Shown here one piece after another: positions 1 through 9,746 of a DNA stretch of 57,752 bases. The stretch covers positions 147,070 to 204,821 of the forward strand of contig JBBAPZ010000005.1 in NCBI GenBank assembly GCA_040400605.1, read 5' to 3'. Position numbers and translations under genes: made by a program. Each line of letters begins with the position of its first letter. Position 1 is the stretch's first letter. Under the pieces are notes generated by a model. The model did not search any database, was not told the DNA's origin, and saw nothing but the letters and a program-made list of their open reading frames with translations. Origin of the DNA: Candidatus Sericytochromatia bacterium. GTDB taxonomy: Bacteria > Cyanobacteriota > Sericytochromatia > S15B-MN24 > JAQBPE01.

Positions 1-244
1 CTTCAAGGGCGTCGGTTTCTGTGAGCACACTCCCAACGCCGACGCAGTGTCCCCGACGCGCCAATTCCGTTACCACGGTGAGCGCATCCGGTGTGGTCAA
101 GGCAATCTCGATGGTGTCAAAACCAGACCCAATGAGCAACTCTGCGCCAAAAAGCGCATCATCTGCGCTGCGCGCGCGGATGACGGGCAAGATGCGTTGA
201 GCGGCGATCGCCTCAAGGGCTGTCGCGCCAAGGTCAATGGCCAT
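1..244 (-). CDS. eda: KDPG/KHG aldolase, N-terminal part (runs off the window)
   Basis: Not in the ORF track. Manual translation from ATG 244 gives MAIDLGATALEAIAAQRILPVIRARSADDALFGAELLIGSGFDTIEIALTTPDAL...VGVGSVL, matching the aldolase PVIR, EI(T/A)LxTP and VGxG(T/S)VL motifs. Start overlaps the lysS stop. Confidence 0.85.
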   Translation of the reverse strand, partial: MAIDLGATALEAIAAQRILPVIRARSADDALFGAELLIGSGFDTIEIALTTPDALTVVTELARRGHCVGVGSVLTETDALE

Positions 245-1736
245 GTGGGTCCCGTGGGCGTAGCAAGGGGAACAGGATCACATCCCGGATGGACGCCGCA
301 TCCACCACCAGCATCACGAGGCGGTCGATGCCAATGCCAAGCCCACCGGTTGGCGGCAGCCCCAATTCCAGTGCCTGCAAATAATCCTCATCCACATGAT
401 GCGCCTCATCATTGCCAGCCGCCCGCTCGGCCAGTTGCGCCGCGAAGCGCTCACGCTGATCCATTGGATCATTCAACTCCGAAAACGCATTCCCCAACTC
501 CCGGCCCGCGACAAACACCTCAAAACGCTCCGTCAGATGCGGCATCTCTGGCTTGCGTTTGGCCAGTGGCGAAATTTCCAGCGGATGGTCAATGACAAAG
601 GTGGGCTGAATCAACTGCGACTCACACGTTGCCTCAAAAATCTCATTCACCAGATGCCCATGCGTCACCTGCGCGGGAATCTTCGCATGTACCCGACGGG
701 CGAGGTCCTTGAGCGCATCCACATCCATCTCCTGAACCTGCACATCCAGCGCCTCATTAACCAGTTCCGCCATCGTCTTTCTGCGCCAGGGCCGGCTAAA
801 ATCAAGCGTCTGCCCCTGATACGGTATCTGCAAGGACCCGTGCGTGGCCATCAACACCTCACACACCAATTCTTCGGTCAGTTCCATGATGTCTCGGTAA
901 TCCGCATACGCCTGATACAGCTCCATCATCGTGAACTCGGGGTTATGACGCGTCGAGATGCCCTCGTTGCGGAAGTTCTTGTTGATATCAAACACCTTCT
1001 CGAAGCCGCCGACCACCAAGCGCTTGAGGTACAGTTCCGGCGAAATGCGCAGGTGCAGGGGCAAATCGAGTGCATTGTGATGGGTATTGAAGGGCCGCGC
1101 GGCGGCACCACCGGGAATGGCCTGCAGCATCGGCGTTTCCACTTCAAGGAAACCTTTTGCTTCCAAAAAATGCCGGATGGTACGCAAAACGAGCGAACGC
1201 GTCTTGAATACATCCTTGACCTCGGGGTTGACGATGAGATCCAGGTAACGTTGGCGATAACGCAATTCCACGTCTTCGAGCCCATGCCATTTGTCAGGCA
1301 GGGGGGTGAGGCACTTGGACAGTAGCAGCCATTCGGTGACTGCGATGCTGAGTTCGCCGCGTTTGGTGCGTCTGACGGTGCCCGCAATGCCGATGATGTC
1401 GCCGCGATCCAGCCAGTCAATGCGTCCGAACGCTTCTTCACCCAGTTTGTCCAGTGAAAACGCGAGCTGGATCTTGCCTGTGCCATCCACGAGGTCGGCA
1501 AACACCAGTTTGCCTTGACCACGCCTGGCCATCATACGCCCTGCCACGCGCACGACATCCTCGGTTTCAGCGCTCGCTTCCAGGTGCTCGTAACGGGCTT
1601 GCAACGCACCTGATGTGTCGGTGCGGTCAAAACGCGTGGGGTATGGTTCCAGTCCCGCATCGCACAGGGCCTGCAGTTTTTGCCGCCGGACCAGTGCCTG
1701 CTCGGATAATGACGGGGTATCTAGCTTTTGACTCAT
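234..1736 (-). CDS. lysS: Lysine--tRNA ligase (class II)
   Basis: YRQRYLDLI, GGAAARPF, FRNEG, HNPEFTMME, GNAFSELNDP, GLGIGIDRL motifs. Confidence 0.98.
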   Translation of the reverse strand: MSQKLDTPSLSEQALVRRQKLQALCDAGLEPYPTRFDRTDTSGALQARYEHLEASAETEDVVRVAGRMMARRGQGKLVFADLVDGTGKIQLAFSLDKLGEEAFGRIDWLDRGDIIGIAGTVRRTKRGELSIAVTEWLLLSKCLTPLPDKWHGLEDVELRYRQRYLDLIVNPEVKDVFKTRSLVLRTIRHFLEAKGFLEVETPMLQAIPGGAAARPFNTHHNALDLPLHLRISPELYLKRLVVGGFEKVFDINKNFRNEGISTRHNPEFTMMELYQAYADYRDIMELTEELVCEVLMATHGSLQIPYQGQTLDFSRPWRRKTMAELVNEALDVQVQEMDVDALKDLARRVHAKIPAQVTHGHLVNEIFEATCESQLIQPTFVIDHPLEISPLAKRKPEMPHLTERFEVFVAGRELGNAFSELNDPMDQRERFAAQLAERAAGNDEAHHVDEDYLQALELGLPPTGGLGIGIDRLVMLVVDAASIRDVILFPLLRPRDPHGH

Positions 1737-1751
1737 CGTGTTTGGGTTTCC

Positions 1752-1979
1752 TTAGGCCTTTGTTGGCGCTTCGCGCCACACACATTTTAACCTAGGGTGT
1801 GACCCCGGGCCAGCGTAGACGAGACTAACGGTCATACTGAGTTCCAAGCCATGGATAACGCCATCGAGGGCGCATAAGCAGTTCCTCAGGAACGGTGACG
1901 CCAGAGCGACTGGGGCCTGCTTCGTGATCGGTTGACACGCCAGAAGCGACGCACAGGCAAACAACATGACTCGCAACAC
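1752..1979 (-). pseudogene. Possible truncated lipoprotein remnant
   Basis: GAAGGAG RBS before GTG; signal peptide with lipobox LLAC, followed by sequence that does not look protein-like. Confidence 0.3.
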
Positions 1980-2231
1980 AAAAATCGCTCCTTCTCGTCA
2001 TCATTTCCGGCTGTTCCGTCACCCTGCCACGGGACGCGGGCATCTCTGATTGGCAGTGTAACTCACTTGGCTGTCGTGTGAGTCGATATGACACGGTTGC
2101 ACGAATGCCAACCGCTCAGTCCCCATTGAAGAACCGATCGGTGAAACTGTTCTCAGAACCGCAACGTTGGGCAAGCCTTCTCCGCCACGCGAACCAGGCG
2201 TCACCGGACGTTGTCGTGACTGGATGAGCAC

Positions 2232-5200
2232 CTACACCTGCTCTGAAAGTTTTTGCAAAGCGAAGTGAACCATACCATCGGTCACCCAGCGATCATCATT
2301 GACCGCACCCCCTGATTTGTGGGGAATTGCGGCATCTGTCAGCGCGCGCGATCGCTCATCCCCTGTGGCCTCGTAATGTCGCTTCAACACCCTTAACGTC
2401 CCCCGTCGGACTCCCACTTTAGGCTCTCCCTCGGGCAATCGTCCCAGGAAATCGAACATAGCCTCCGGTAAAGGCGTATGCTCGTAGCGTTTGCTCTTCA
2501 ATGCCTGGTAGAGTTCATCGGCAACAGCACCACGCAGATCGCTCCACGTCGCAGCTTCCAAAATGGCACGTTCGGAAGTGTCAGCCCCGCGACTTACGTC
2601 AAGTAGTGTTACCCAGTAGTGCGGCTCAAGTTTGGCGACTGAATCTCTGGTATTGTCGCGTTTCTTTGCTCGCAGGTCGCCCAAGGCTTCAAACACGGCG
2701 GCTTTCAGGTCACCACTATAATGGGAAGCATCGCTTAGCGCATCAAGCCACACTTGGTCTCCCTTGACCCTTGCGATACCCCTTCTGTCTCGAAAAAAGA
2801 TGCTGTTGTTCAACGCGCGTTGCAACTCGGAGATATTCGGGTTGCCAGGGAGATCAAAAGCGGACAGATCAGCGAAGCCACCTGGAGACACCATGGTTTC
2901 AGTGTATAACCAGGCGAGCGCAGCAATCGGATTGCCAGGAAGGCTTTCTCCTGCCGCGAGGCGGGCCAACAATTTCTTTTGGGTCGCCAAATTGCACTCG
3001 TTCAGCGCCGTTTGTGCCAAAAGTTTTTCGTTTCCTTCAAGCTGCGGCAGCATTAAGCGCAATAGCCGGCCGACTGCACGCTGACTGTTTTGGTTTGCAC
3101 CTGTGTCAGCATCGAGCATTTGCGCCAGTGTGCGTAACGATCCCAGATCGACCCGTCCTGCTCTTTCTGCTTCATCGAGACCCGCCAGGACTGTTTGTGC
3201 CGGCGAGCCACCCTTGCTTGCGACCGCTCCCACAGGAGCCTGCGTTCGTGCTTGCCCCCCCTCTGACAACCATTTCAACTTGCTCTCGACTGTCGCACCT
3301 TCGGGCAGTCCTTGCTGCAGGCTTCGCAAGACCTGCTGTTTTTGCGTCACTGTCCCCTTCAGTGCTGTATCGAGCAACATGGCTTGCTGCGCCGACGCTC
3401 CCTCACGCAGCAAAGCCAGACCTGAGTCAAGCATACCTCGATTATTTTCCTGCCCTTCAAGCAGGCCCAGAATCGTCCGATTGCGGCTGAGGGGTGACTC
3501 ATCTTCCGCGTAACGAAACAATAAATCGAGCAAATGCGCCTGATCTTCCCCTGACGCGCTGAAGCGGCGTAGCTGGGCTTCCCAGAACACCTGCTCGTCT
3601 TTCTTTGATATGTTTAACCCGTCAAGCATACGGTTGAATTCAGCCTTGCCGGTTCGAGCGCTTGCCAGTAACTCGGCGAAGATTTTTTTTCCCACGCCGG
3701 GATCCGCAACGGAGGGCAAGGCGCTATCCTGGAGATTCATAATGCGTCCCAGCCACACGAGTTGCTGCTGTTGTTCCGGTGATTCGGCCAGTTTCACCGC
3801 CTGCTGGAACAAGTTTTTGCACTCGTCGTGCCACCCTTGGTGATCCGCGACACGCAACAAGGGCAAGATGCCTTCCCACTTCTGTTCAAGCCAGAAGGTA
3901 TCCGGAAACCCCACCGCCACATTCAGCATTCGGCGTGCCTCGGTCGCATTGGTTTTCGCCAGACTCTCAAGTTCAGTCGTGAGTTCAGACAGGGATCGGA
4001 AAACTTGCGAATCTGATGAGATGCCCGGATTCAGGGCCCCAAAGATGCGTTGTTCTCGTTCTTGAAGCGAACGCTGGATCCCCGCACCAATCCCACTCAG
4101 ATCGATTTTGTTGTGATCCAAGCCGCCATACAACCATATGCCAACCCCGGGGGCCTGTCGGTGCATTTTCCAGATATGCGACGCCGCAGCCTTACGCAAT
4201 CCGTCCGGTCCATGACTGACGAATCGGACACCCCGTCTGTCGTTAACGAACCTGACAATCTCCGCATTACCAGTGAGATGATCCGTATACTTGTGAGCCA
4301 GCAAGGCAAGAGCGCTTCGATCATCCTGCGAAGGATATGCACCCCGAAAATCGCCGTGTCTCGCGAAAAGGCCCAAGAGGGCCGAGGGGGATTCCACAAG
4401 CGGGGCATGCACGAAGCATCTGCTCGCATCTCGGGTTTGCAATCGCCGCATTTCCGCCAGTATCGCTAATCTGACACCCTCGATCGGTTGATATTCCGGA
4501 TGAATCTCAAGAAATCGTTGGGCGAGGATCGCAGCTGCTTCTGGTTTGATGGTGCTTCCCCTGTCATAGTGTTCAAAGACGCGCAAAAGACGCTGGGCCG
4601 ACTCACGGCGGTTTGCAAGGTCATCCTCCAATACGAAGCGCAAGTCAAAGTGTCCCCGTTCTGGAGTGCGCCCAACCGAACGCACACAAGTCTCCAAAAA
4701 TCCCAAAGCCTCTTTATGCTGGGGATTGCGCTCTTTCAGACGCTGGACGCCCTCCAGAAATGGCACTTTACCGCCCTCGATCTGCTCGATCAGCGCCCGC
4801 CGTTCAAGCGCGGATTGCCTGAAACCCAAACTCATCCCCTCCAGACGCTGTTGCTCCCGTTTAACGCCTGTGCTAAGGGGAAGGCGTTCACCATCCGGCG
4901 AGACCGCGTGTGCGGGTGCGGCTTTTTGCGGCCGTGATCGGGGCCTTTCCGTCTCACCGCGCAACCGCTTCAAATGGGTCGCCAATGCATCGGGTTGCTC
5001 CTCGAGGTGCGGCCGCGCCAAGAGCAAGGCCCGTTGCGCCACTTCGACGTTGCCTGTAGTCAGGGCCAGCGTTGCAATCGCATCCCCCTCGCGCAACAGT
5101 TTCAGGGATGCACTTGACTTGCCATGCGTTCCTGCCACCATCTCCTGGCCGTTCCCAGGCGCTGCTTTCAGTTTTTGGATGGCCTGAAGCGTCTGATTCT

Positions 5201-5567
5201 CAGACAACAAATCGACGCTCCAATCAAGTCCACTTCTTACAAACTGCGGCATATCAAACGAGTGGGCGTGTCGAACGAGTTCCAGCACATCCTGCACTTG
5301 CGGCGCTTGAGACGACAGCATTCGGTTCTCGGGAATCTCCGCTCTCGCCAGTAACTCACTCACGGTATCCCGCGCGTGTTGTGTCTTCCCCTCCCGCAAG
5401 AAGTTCGTAATCTGCCTGAGACCGCCGCCAATCAGCGCTGCATCACTCACGCTCGCACTGTCAGACAACGAACGCAGAGCAGGCCCCTCTGCGAGTCTGA
5501 CGCCCACGTTGCGAGTCAAACGAGGGGTGAATGCCTTGATCAGTTTCGTGCCAACCTGCTCGAACAC
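2232..5567 (-). CDS. Large hypothetical protein (1111 aa), probably alpha-helical
   Basis: Long ORF with GGAGG RBS; Leu/Ala/Glu-rich; no recognisable motif. Confidence 0.85.
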   Translation of the reverse strand: MFEQVGTKLIKAFTPRLTRNVGVRLAEGPALRSLSDSASVSDAALIGGGLRQITNFLREGKTQHARDTVSELLARAEIPENRMLSSQAPQVQDVLELVRHAHSFDMPQFVRSGLDWSVDLLSENQTLQAIQKLKAAPGNGQEMVAGTHGKSSASLKLLREGDAIATLALTTGNVEVAQRALLLARPHLEEQPDALATHLKRLRGETERPRSRPQKAAPAHAVSPDGERLPLSTGVKREQQRLEGMSLGFRQSALERRALIEQIEGGKVPFLEGVQRLKERNPQHKEALGFLETCVRSVGRTPERGHFDLRFVLEDDLANRRESAQRLLRVFEHYDRGSTIKPEAAAILAQRFLEIHPEYQPIEGVRLAILAEMRRLQTRDASRCFVHAPLVESPSALLGLFARHGDFRGAYPSQDDRSALALLAHKYTDHLTGNAEIVRFVNDRRGVRFVSHGPDGLRKAAASHIWKMHRQAPGVGIWLYGGLDHNKIDLSGIGAGIQRSLQEREQRIFGALNPGISSDSQVFRSLSELTTELESLAKTNATEARRMLNVAVGFPDTFWLEQKWEGILPLLRVADHQGWHDECKNLFQQAVKLAESPEQQQQLVWLGRIMNLQDSALPSVADPGVGKKIFAELLASARTGKAEFNRMLDGLNISKKDEQVFWEAQLRRFSASGEDQAHLLDLLFRYAEDESPLSRNRTILGLLEGQENNRGMLDSGLALLREGASAQQAMLLDTALKGTVTQKQQVLRSLQQGLPEGATVESKLKWLSEGGQARTQAPVGAVASKGGSPAQTVLAGLDEAERAGRVDLGSLRTLAQMLDADTGANQNSQRAVGRLLRLMLPQLEGNEKLLAQTALNECNLATQKKLLARLAAGESLPGNPIAALAWLYTETMVSPGGFADLSAFDLPGNPNISELQRALNNSIFFRDRRGIARVKGDQVWLDALSDASHYSGDLKAAVFEALGDLRAKKRDNTRDSVAKLEPHYWVTLLDVSRGADTSERAILEAATWSDLRGAVADELYQALKSKRYEHTPLPEAMFDFLGRLPEGEPKVGVRRGTLRVLKRHYEATGDERSRALTDAAIPHKSGGAVNDDRWVTDGMVHFALQKLSEQV

Positions 5568-5649
5568 CTACGCACCTCCGCAAGGGACTTATACCCAGAA
5601 AACCACAACAATCCTCCCTGGGTGGTGTCTGGGGAACTATCTAAAGAGA

Positions 5650-5678
5650 GTGGGGCGCAAGGAACCCTTGCGCCCCAC
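5650..5678 (-). terminator. Intrinsic terminator after the DUF561 gene
   Basis: GTGGGGCGCAAGG-aac-CCTTGCGCCCCAC hairpin followed by TCTCTTT on the minus strand. Confidence 0.75.
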
Positions 5679-5699
5679 GTAAGACCAGAGCGTTGAGCG

Positions 5700-6458
5700 T
5701 CAGGAAACCTGGGCGATGCCCTTGCCCTCGGCCGTCACCGAGGCGATCGCCTCCACGAAACGGGCAACCGCAGCCGTCATCGCTGCTTCGTCTTTCAGCC
5801 GCGAAATTGCGGCACCCACACCCAAGGCATCCGCACCCGCCGCAAACGCGAAAGGCGCCGTCTCGATGGTGAAACCACCTGCCAGCAACAACGGTAAATC
5901 AACCACCCGTCGAATCTCCGCCGTATTACCCAACGCTTGCACCGCCCCGGAAAGCGCCGAAAACACGTCATTCGCTTCCGGACCCACTTGGCCCTCTGTC
6001 TGCAACAAGTTCACCCCGGCGTGCGCGAGAGCGATCGCCAGGTCGCGTTGCTCGTTGACCGGCAAACGACCCGACACCGTGACGCACAAGGGCACCCGCT
6101 CACCAACAGCTTCCTTGACGGTGCGCGCCCAACCCAAAATCTGCTCGGCGCTCGGGAACTCCCCATTCAGATACATTGCATCGAAGTTGCCCAGTTCCAA
6201 GACGTCCGCCCCCGCATCCGCCGCTTGAATCAGACGAACCGGATCAACAGATGACACGAATACAATCAAACCGGTCTCGGACTTGACAGCTTGAATGAGG
6301 GCCGGGTCCGCTGCAATGTCAACGGCTTGGGCACCACCTGCCTTGGCCGCACGGGCGATCGCCATCACGGCGTCATAATCAAAATTGTCAATTCCCGCAA
6401 TCACCTTCAGCAAACGCCGCGCCACCAGATGCTGCTGCAACGAATAACTTGAACTCAT
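5700..6458 (-). CDS. ycf23: DUF561 / Ycf23 family TIM-barrel protein
   Basis: LKVIAGIDNFD, AVDIAADP, VSSVDP, ELGNFDAMY, LQTEG, GVGAAI; ATG 6458 with AAGGAG RBS. Confidence 0.88.
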   Translation of the reverse strand: MSSSYSLQQHLVARRLLKVIAGIDNFDYDAVMAIARAAKAGGAQAVDIAADPALIQAVKSETGLIVFVSSVDPVRLIQAADAGADVLELGNFDAMYLNGEFPSAEQILGWARTVKEAVGERVPLCVTVSGRLPVNEQRDLAIALAHAGVNLLQTEGQVGPEANDVFSALSGAVQALGNTAEIRRVVDLPLLLAGGFTIETAPFAFAAGADALGVGAAISRLKDEAAMTAAVARFVEAIASVTAEGKGIAQVS

Positions 6459-6614
6459 GCTGCTTCGCTCCTTTTCCATCACTCATCGCCTTCGACCAGA
6501 CCTTACCGGACGCGCGTTATGATACCACCTATCCACTACCCTCGTATGCTTTGCCCCTAACAGAGACCCAGGGAACCATAGTAAGCGAGTTAGCGTTCTT
6601 CAGCTCACACCACA

Positions 6615-6651
6615 AAAGCCGCAGGCAGCAGTTATTGCTGCCTGCGGCTTT
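6615..6651 (-). terminator. Intrinsic terminator after hsp20
   Basis: 16-bp perfect stem AAAGCCGCAGGCAGCA / TGCTGCCTGCGGCTTT. Confidence 0.8.
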
Positions 6652-6672
6652 CAGTTACCCGTCTGGAAGCGA

Positions 6673-7140
6673 TCAGTGATTAACTGACAACTTGCGTGCC
6701 TGCGGTCGCTTCACGATTTCGGCCAAGGGTGCGCGAATGGTTAGCACACCATTTTTGAAACTGGCTTTGGCCTCTTGCTCCTTCACGCGATTCGGCAATG
6801 GCACCAAGCGGTCAAAGGCCCCGTACTGCCGTTCGGTGCGGTAGTAGTTGTCCTCCTTGAAATGTGTTTCAGATTTGACTTCGCCACTCACGTGCACGCT
6901 GTCTTCGGCGATTTCAACGCTGACGTCTTCCGGGTTGATGCCTGGTAACTCGATCGATACCACCACCTCCGTATCGGTCGTGCAGACCTCCACATTGGGA
7001 ATCAGGTCGATGCTGCCGTCTTGCGGTGCAATATGCAGGCGACTAAACAAGGGTGCGCTCATCACCTGGTTGAACATGCGATCCATCGTGCGTCGCATCG
7101 CGTCGATTTCAGACTTCGGCTCCCATCTCATCAAGGTCAT
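6673..7140 (-). CDS. Hsp20/alpha-crystallin small heat-shock protein
   Basis: ELPGINPEDV, ERQYGAFDR, ASFKNGVLTI motifs; AGGAG RBS. Confidence 0.95.
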   Translation of the reverse strand: MTLMRWEPKSEIDAMRRTMDRMFNQVMSAPLFSRLHIAPQDGSIDLIPNVEVCTTDTEVVVSIELPGINPEDVSVEIAEDSVHVSGEVKSETHFKEDNYYRTERQYGAFDRLVPLPNRVKEQEAKASFKNGVLTIRAPLAEIVKRPQARKLSVNH

Positions 7141-7227
7141 GCCTTTCCTCCTTCATCATCGTCGTGCTCACATTCCGTGAGGCACGTTTCAACATAACCC
7201 ACCCCCCACCCAAGGGCGCTGGTCGCC

Positions 7228-7716
7228 TCATACCAATTTTTTGCCCACACCCGCGCTTGTCTCTTCAATAAACAGGGGCGTTATCCACGGTTTGACCGCC
7301 TCCTGCATCGATTCGTAAAAACGAATCACCGCACTGATGCGCTCCTTGGCATCTACCTTGTCTTCCGCCAAACCATCCAGCATGCGACCCAGAATACCCT
7401 CGATTTCACGCATCCGCGCCAAGCGGTCATGCAACAGTTCAGGCACGGTTCGCACACACAAACAACCACTCGGCCGATTGGGCAATGGATGCCGCTCAAC
7501 AACCGCGACGCCAATCAACCAACCCGCCGCACGGTGCACATCCTCCACCGGCCACTCCAACATCAAGGCCAATTCTTCTTCCGTCTGACAGGCAGGCTCC
7601 GCCACCATCAACGCGCCGTACAACTCACCGGCCAAATGTGGTAATCCCATCCGCTTCACAAAGTCGCCCATCGTCTGGGTGAATTCTTTTTCCGCAACGG
7701 TCAGCATCATCCCCAC
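7228..7716 (-). CDS. GbsR/MarR-like winged-helix regulator
   Basis: MGLPHLAGELYGALMV...TEEELALML pattern typical of the GbsR family. Confidence 0.65.
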   Translation of the reverse strand: MGMMLTVAEKEFTQTMGDFVKRMGLPHLAGELYGALMVAEPACQTEEELALMLEWPVEDVHRAAGWLIGVAVVERHPLPNRPSGCLCVRTVPELLHDRLARMREIEGILGRMLDGLAEDKVDAKERISAVIRFYESMQEAVKPWITPLFIEETSAGVGKKLV

Positions 7717-7880
7717 ACTCCTTTCTGCTCACCCGGCTTCACCACGCCGCACGCCAACTGAAACACGCGCGACGCCATCACACGCCAATGCTGACACGAC
7801 ACACTGTCCCAACCAAGACACAGTCTGGTGATCCCGATCATAATTTTTTGATTTCTTGACGAAAAACAAACAAATAACTA

Positions 7881-7909
7881 TTGATTTACGGCTTTAACCT
7901 GTTTATAAT
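7881..7909 (+). promoter_or_regulatory. Sigma70-type promoter
   Basis: TTGATT-N17-TATAAT in an AT-rich divergent intergenic region. Confidence 0.65.
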
Positions 7910-7977
7910 CTTTTCTTAAATACAGTTTTCTGGTGTTAATTGAAACGTAATACCCAGCTGTCGTTGAGGAGGTCACA

Positions 7978-8652
7978 ATGTCGCGACGTGGTCATCAAAT
8001 GAGGGCGGTTGCTTTGGCGCTGTTGGTGGTCAATGGCGTTGGGGCTTGTGGCCAGTTGGGCTCAACGCCGCAGGCTCAGGCGGTTAGCACGGTGAGTGCG
8101 GGTGTCAAGGCTGAAGCGGCAAAGCGCAAAGAGACGCGCCGGGAGGCTGAGGCGCGGGCGAAGCGTTACATCGTGGACTTCAACGATACCCGTTGGCGGT
8201 CGATTACGGCGCGTAGTGAGGCCGTCAAGCAGATTGCGCGTACGGATTCGGATGCGGCGTATGATTTTATCTTGCAAGAGATTGATGATTTGCAGGAATT
8301 GCGTGGTGAGATGAAGTCGGTCACGCGCGTTCAGGCTGAAGAGTATGAAGAGATGCTGACCGAAGAGCTCGATGAGATGACCCCGGATCAAGAAGAAGTC
8401 AAGGCGCGTGTGGCTAAGGCGGGTGTGCGCAAGATGGATCTTGATGAGTTCACCATTGTTGAAGAGCGGGCCAATGCTGGCGCTGTCAATGCAAAGTGGG
8501 GCGGCAATGCGCGTGTTGGCAGCCGCAACCGCTTGTTGACGGCGATTCAGGAAAGCAAGCTGTATAAAGCGGTGTCAAAAGCGGCTCGAAATACCCGGCG
8601 GGCGGTGAAGCGCTTCTTGCGGAGTTTGTGTCAAAAACTGCGGATGTGCTAA
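7978..8652 (+). CDS. Hypothetical lipoprotein with acidic core and basic tail
   Basis: GAGGAGG RBS; signal peptide with lipobox VGAC. Confidence 0.75.
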   Translation: MSRRGHQMRAVALALLVVNGVGACGQLGSTPQAQAVSTVSAGVKAEAAKRKETRREAEARAKRYIVDFNDTRWRSITARSEAVKQIARTDSDAAYDFILQEIDDLQELRGEMKSVTRVQAEEYEEMLTEELDEMTPDQEEVKARVAKAGVRKMDLDEFTIVEERANAGAVNAKWGGNARVGSRNRLLTAIQESKLYKAVSKAARNTRRAVKRFLRSLCQKLRMC

Positions 8653-8662
8653 TTGGAGCGGT

Positions 8663-8689
8663 GGACGGGGCAGTTGCTAAGCCCCGTCC
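8663..8689 (+). terminator. Hairpin, probable terminator
   Basis: GGACGGGGC-N9-GCCCCGTCC just after the stop codon. Confidence 0.55.
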
Positions 8690-8818
8690 GTTCGTATTCA
8701 TACGCAGACACGCACGACAAGTGAACAGAACCAGACGCCACCCTCTGCCTTTCAACGGCAAACAGTACCGTTTCAACGCGGAATGTTGGGTGTTTTAGTG
8801 TCGACTTGTGCTTGCTGC

Positions 8819-9607
8819 TCAGGTGTTAATTTTTCGATCACTCAATGATGCGATGCACTGTCGAACAGTGTTTAGCGCCAGGCGTCGATTACGCGTATCG
8901 TGGAGGCTTGTGCTGCCGATGTGGCGGGCTGCTGATTTGCTTTTGAGCATATCGGTGGTTGTGACGCGTTCGTGCGGTGTGCGCAGGCGTTTATCGATTT
9001 CCTTGAGTGCGTAGAAACGGTTGGCGATCGCCTGCACATAAACCTGCGGGGTCCGAACCACCGGTAAAACCCAACCGTGGCGTGCGTGGGTGCGCCACGC
9101 CGGATACCATACATCCATCACCGTCCCCGTCATATCCGCTGGTTGCCAGCTGTTCGAGAACTCTTTCGCCGTGAGCTTCAGATTCAGGGTCGGCTCCAGC
9201 AGTTGTCCAACGCGGTATTGCGGATAGTCACCAGCCTGAACCGAACCCAGGCCCAGCGCGCGCAAGCGGCCGCGGCGGTAATCCTGATTGGGGTCGAAGC
9301 CGCTTTCAAGCCAAACGTAGGCCCCGATGACAAACGGGTCTACCCGATGCGTTGAGGCGATGCTTTTGATCACTTTGCCGTAGCGCTGCCAGCCCCGCAG
9401 ACCTTGCGCCAAGTTCAGGCCGCTCCGCGCGAAGCGATCGCCCCGGGATGGTGGGGGAAAATTATAACGTACAGGGTGAGAAACCTCAGGCGACGAATGG
9501 GCTGTCTTGTTCATCGGGCCTGCGTGCACCATCGCTACCGCGGCCATCATCCATACACTGAACCCAACAGACCGGACACGAACGAGGTTTACAACGCAAT
9601 AACGCAT
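8819..9607 (-). CDS. Secreted lytic transglycosylase (SLT)-like protein, divergent
   Basis: Signal peptide; IASTHRVDP, WLESGFDP (catalytic Glu), ALGLGSVQ, LLEPTLNL; GGAGG RBS. Confidence 0.65.
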   Translation of the reverse strand: MRYCVVNLVRVRSVGFSVWMMAAVAMVHAGPMNKTAHSSPEVSHPVRYNFPPPSRGDRFARSGLNLAQGLRGWQRYGKVIKSIASTHRVDPFVIGAYVWLESGFDPNQDYRRGRLRALGLGSVQAGDYPQYRVGQLLEPTLNLKLTAKEFSNSWQPADMTGTVMDVWYPAWRTHARHGWVLPVVRTPQVYVQAIANRFYALKEIDKRLRTPHERVTTTDMLKSKSAARHIGSTSLHDTRNRRLALNTVRQCIASLSDRKINT

Positions 9608-9706
9608 GTGACCTCCTCCAGTTGCGCGCTCAACGCACCAACCGATCGAATGGCATCATACCGGCCAACGCGCTTAACAGACAAGGAACACCCCTGACGG
9701 GTCGTC

Positions 9707-9715
9707 TGCTATAAT
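9707..9715 (+). promoter_or_regulatory. Extended -10 promoter of the luxE operon
   Basis: TGcTATAAT upstream of GAGGT RBS and ATG 9747. Confidence 0.55.
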
Positions 9716-9746
9716 GATGACGCGAGGTGAAGTGAGGTCAAAGGCG

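Noticed and set aside
7141..7227. CIRCE or CtsR box upstream of hsp20
   Set aside because: No match found
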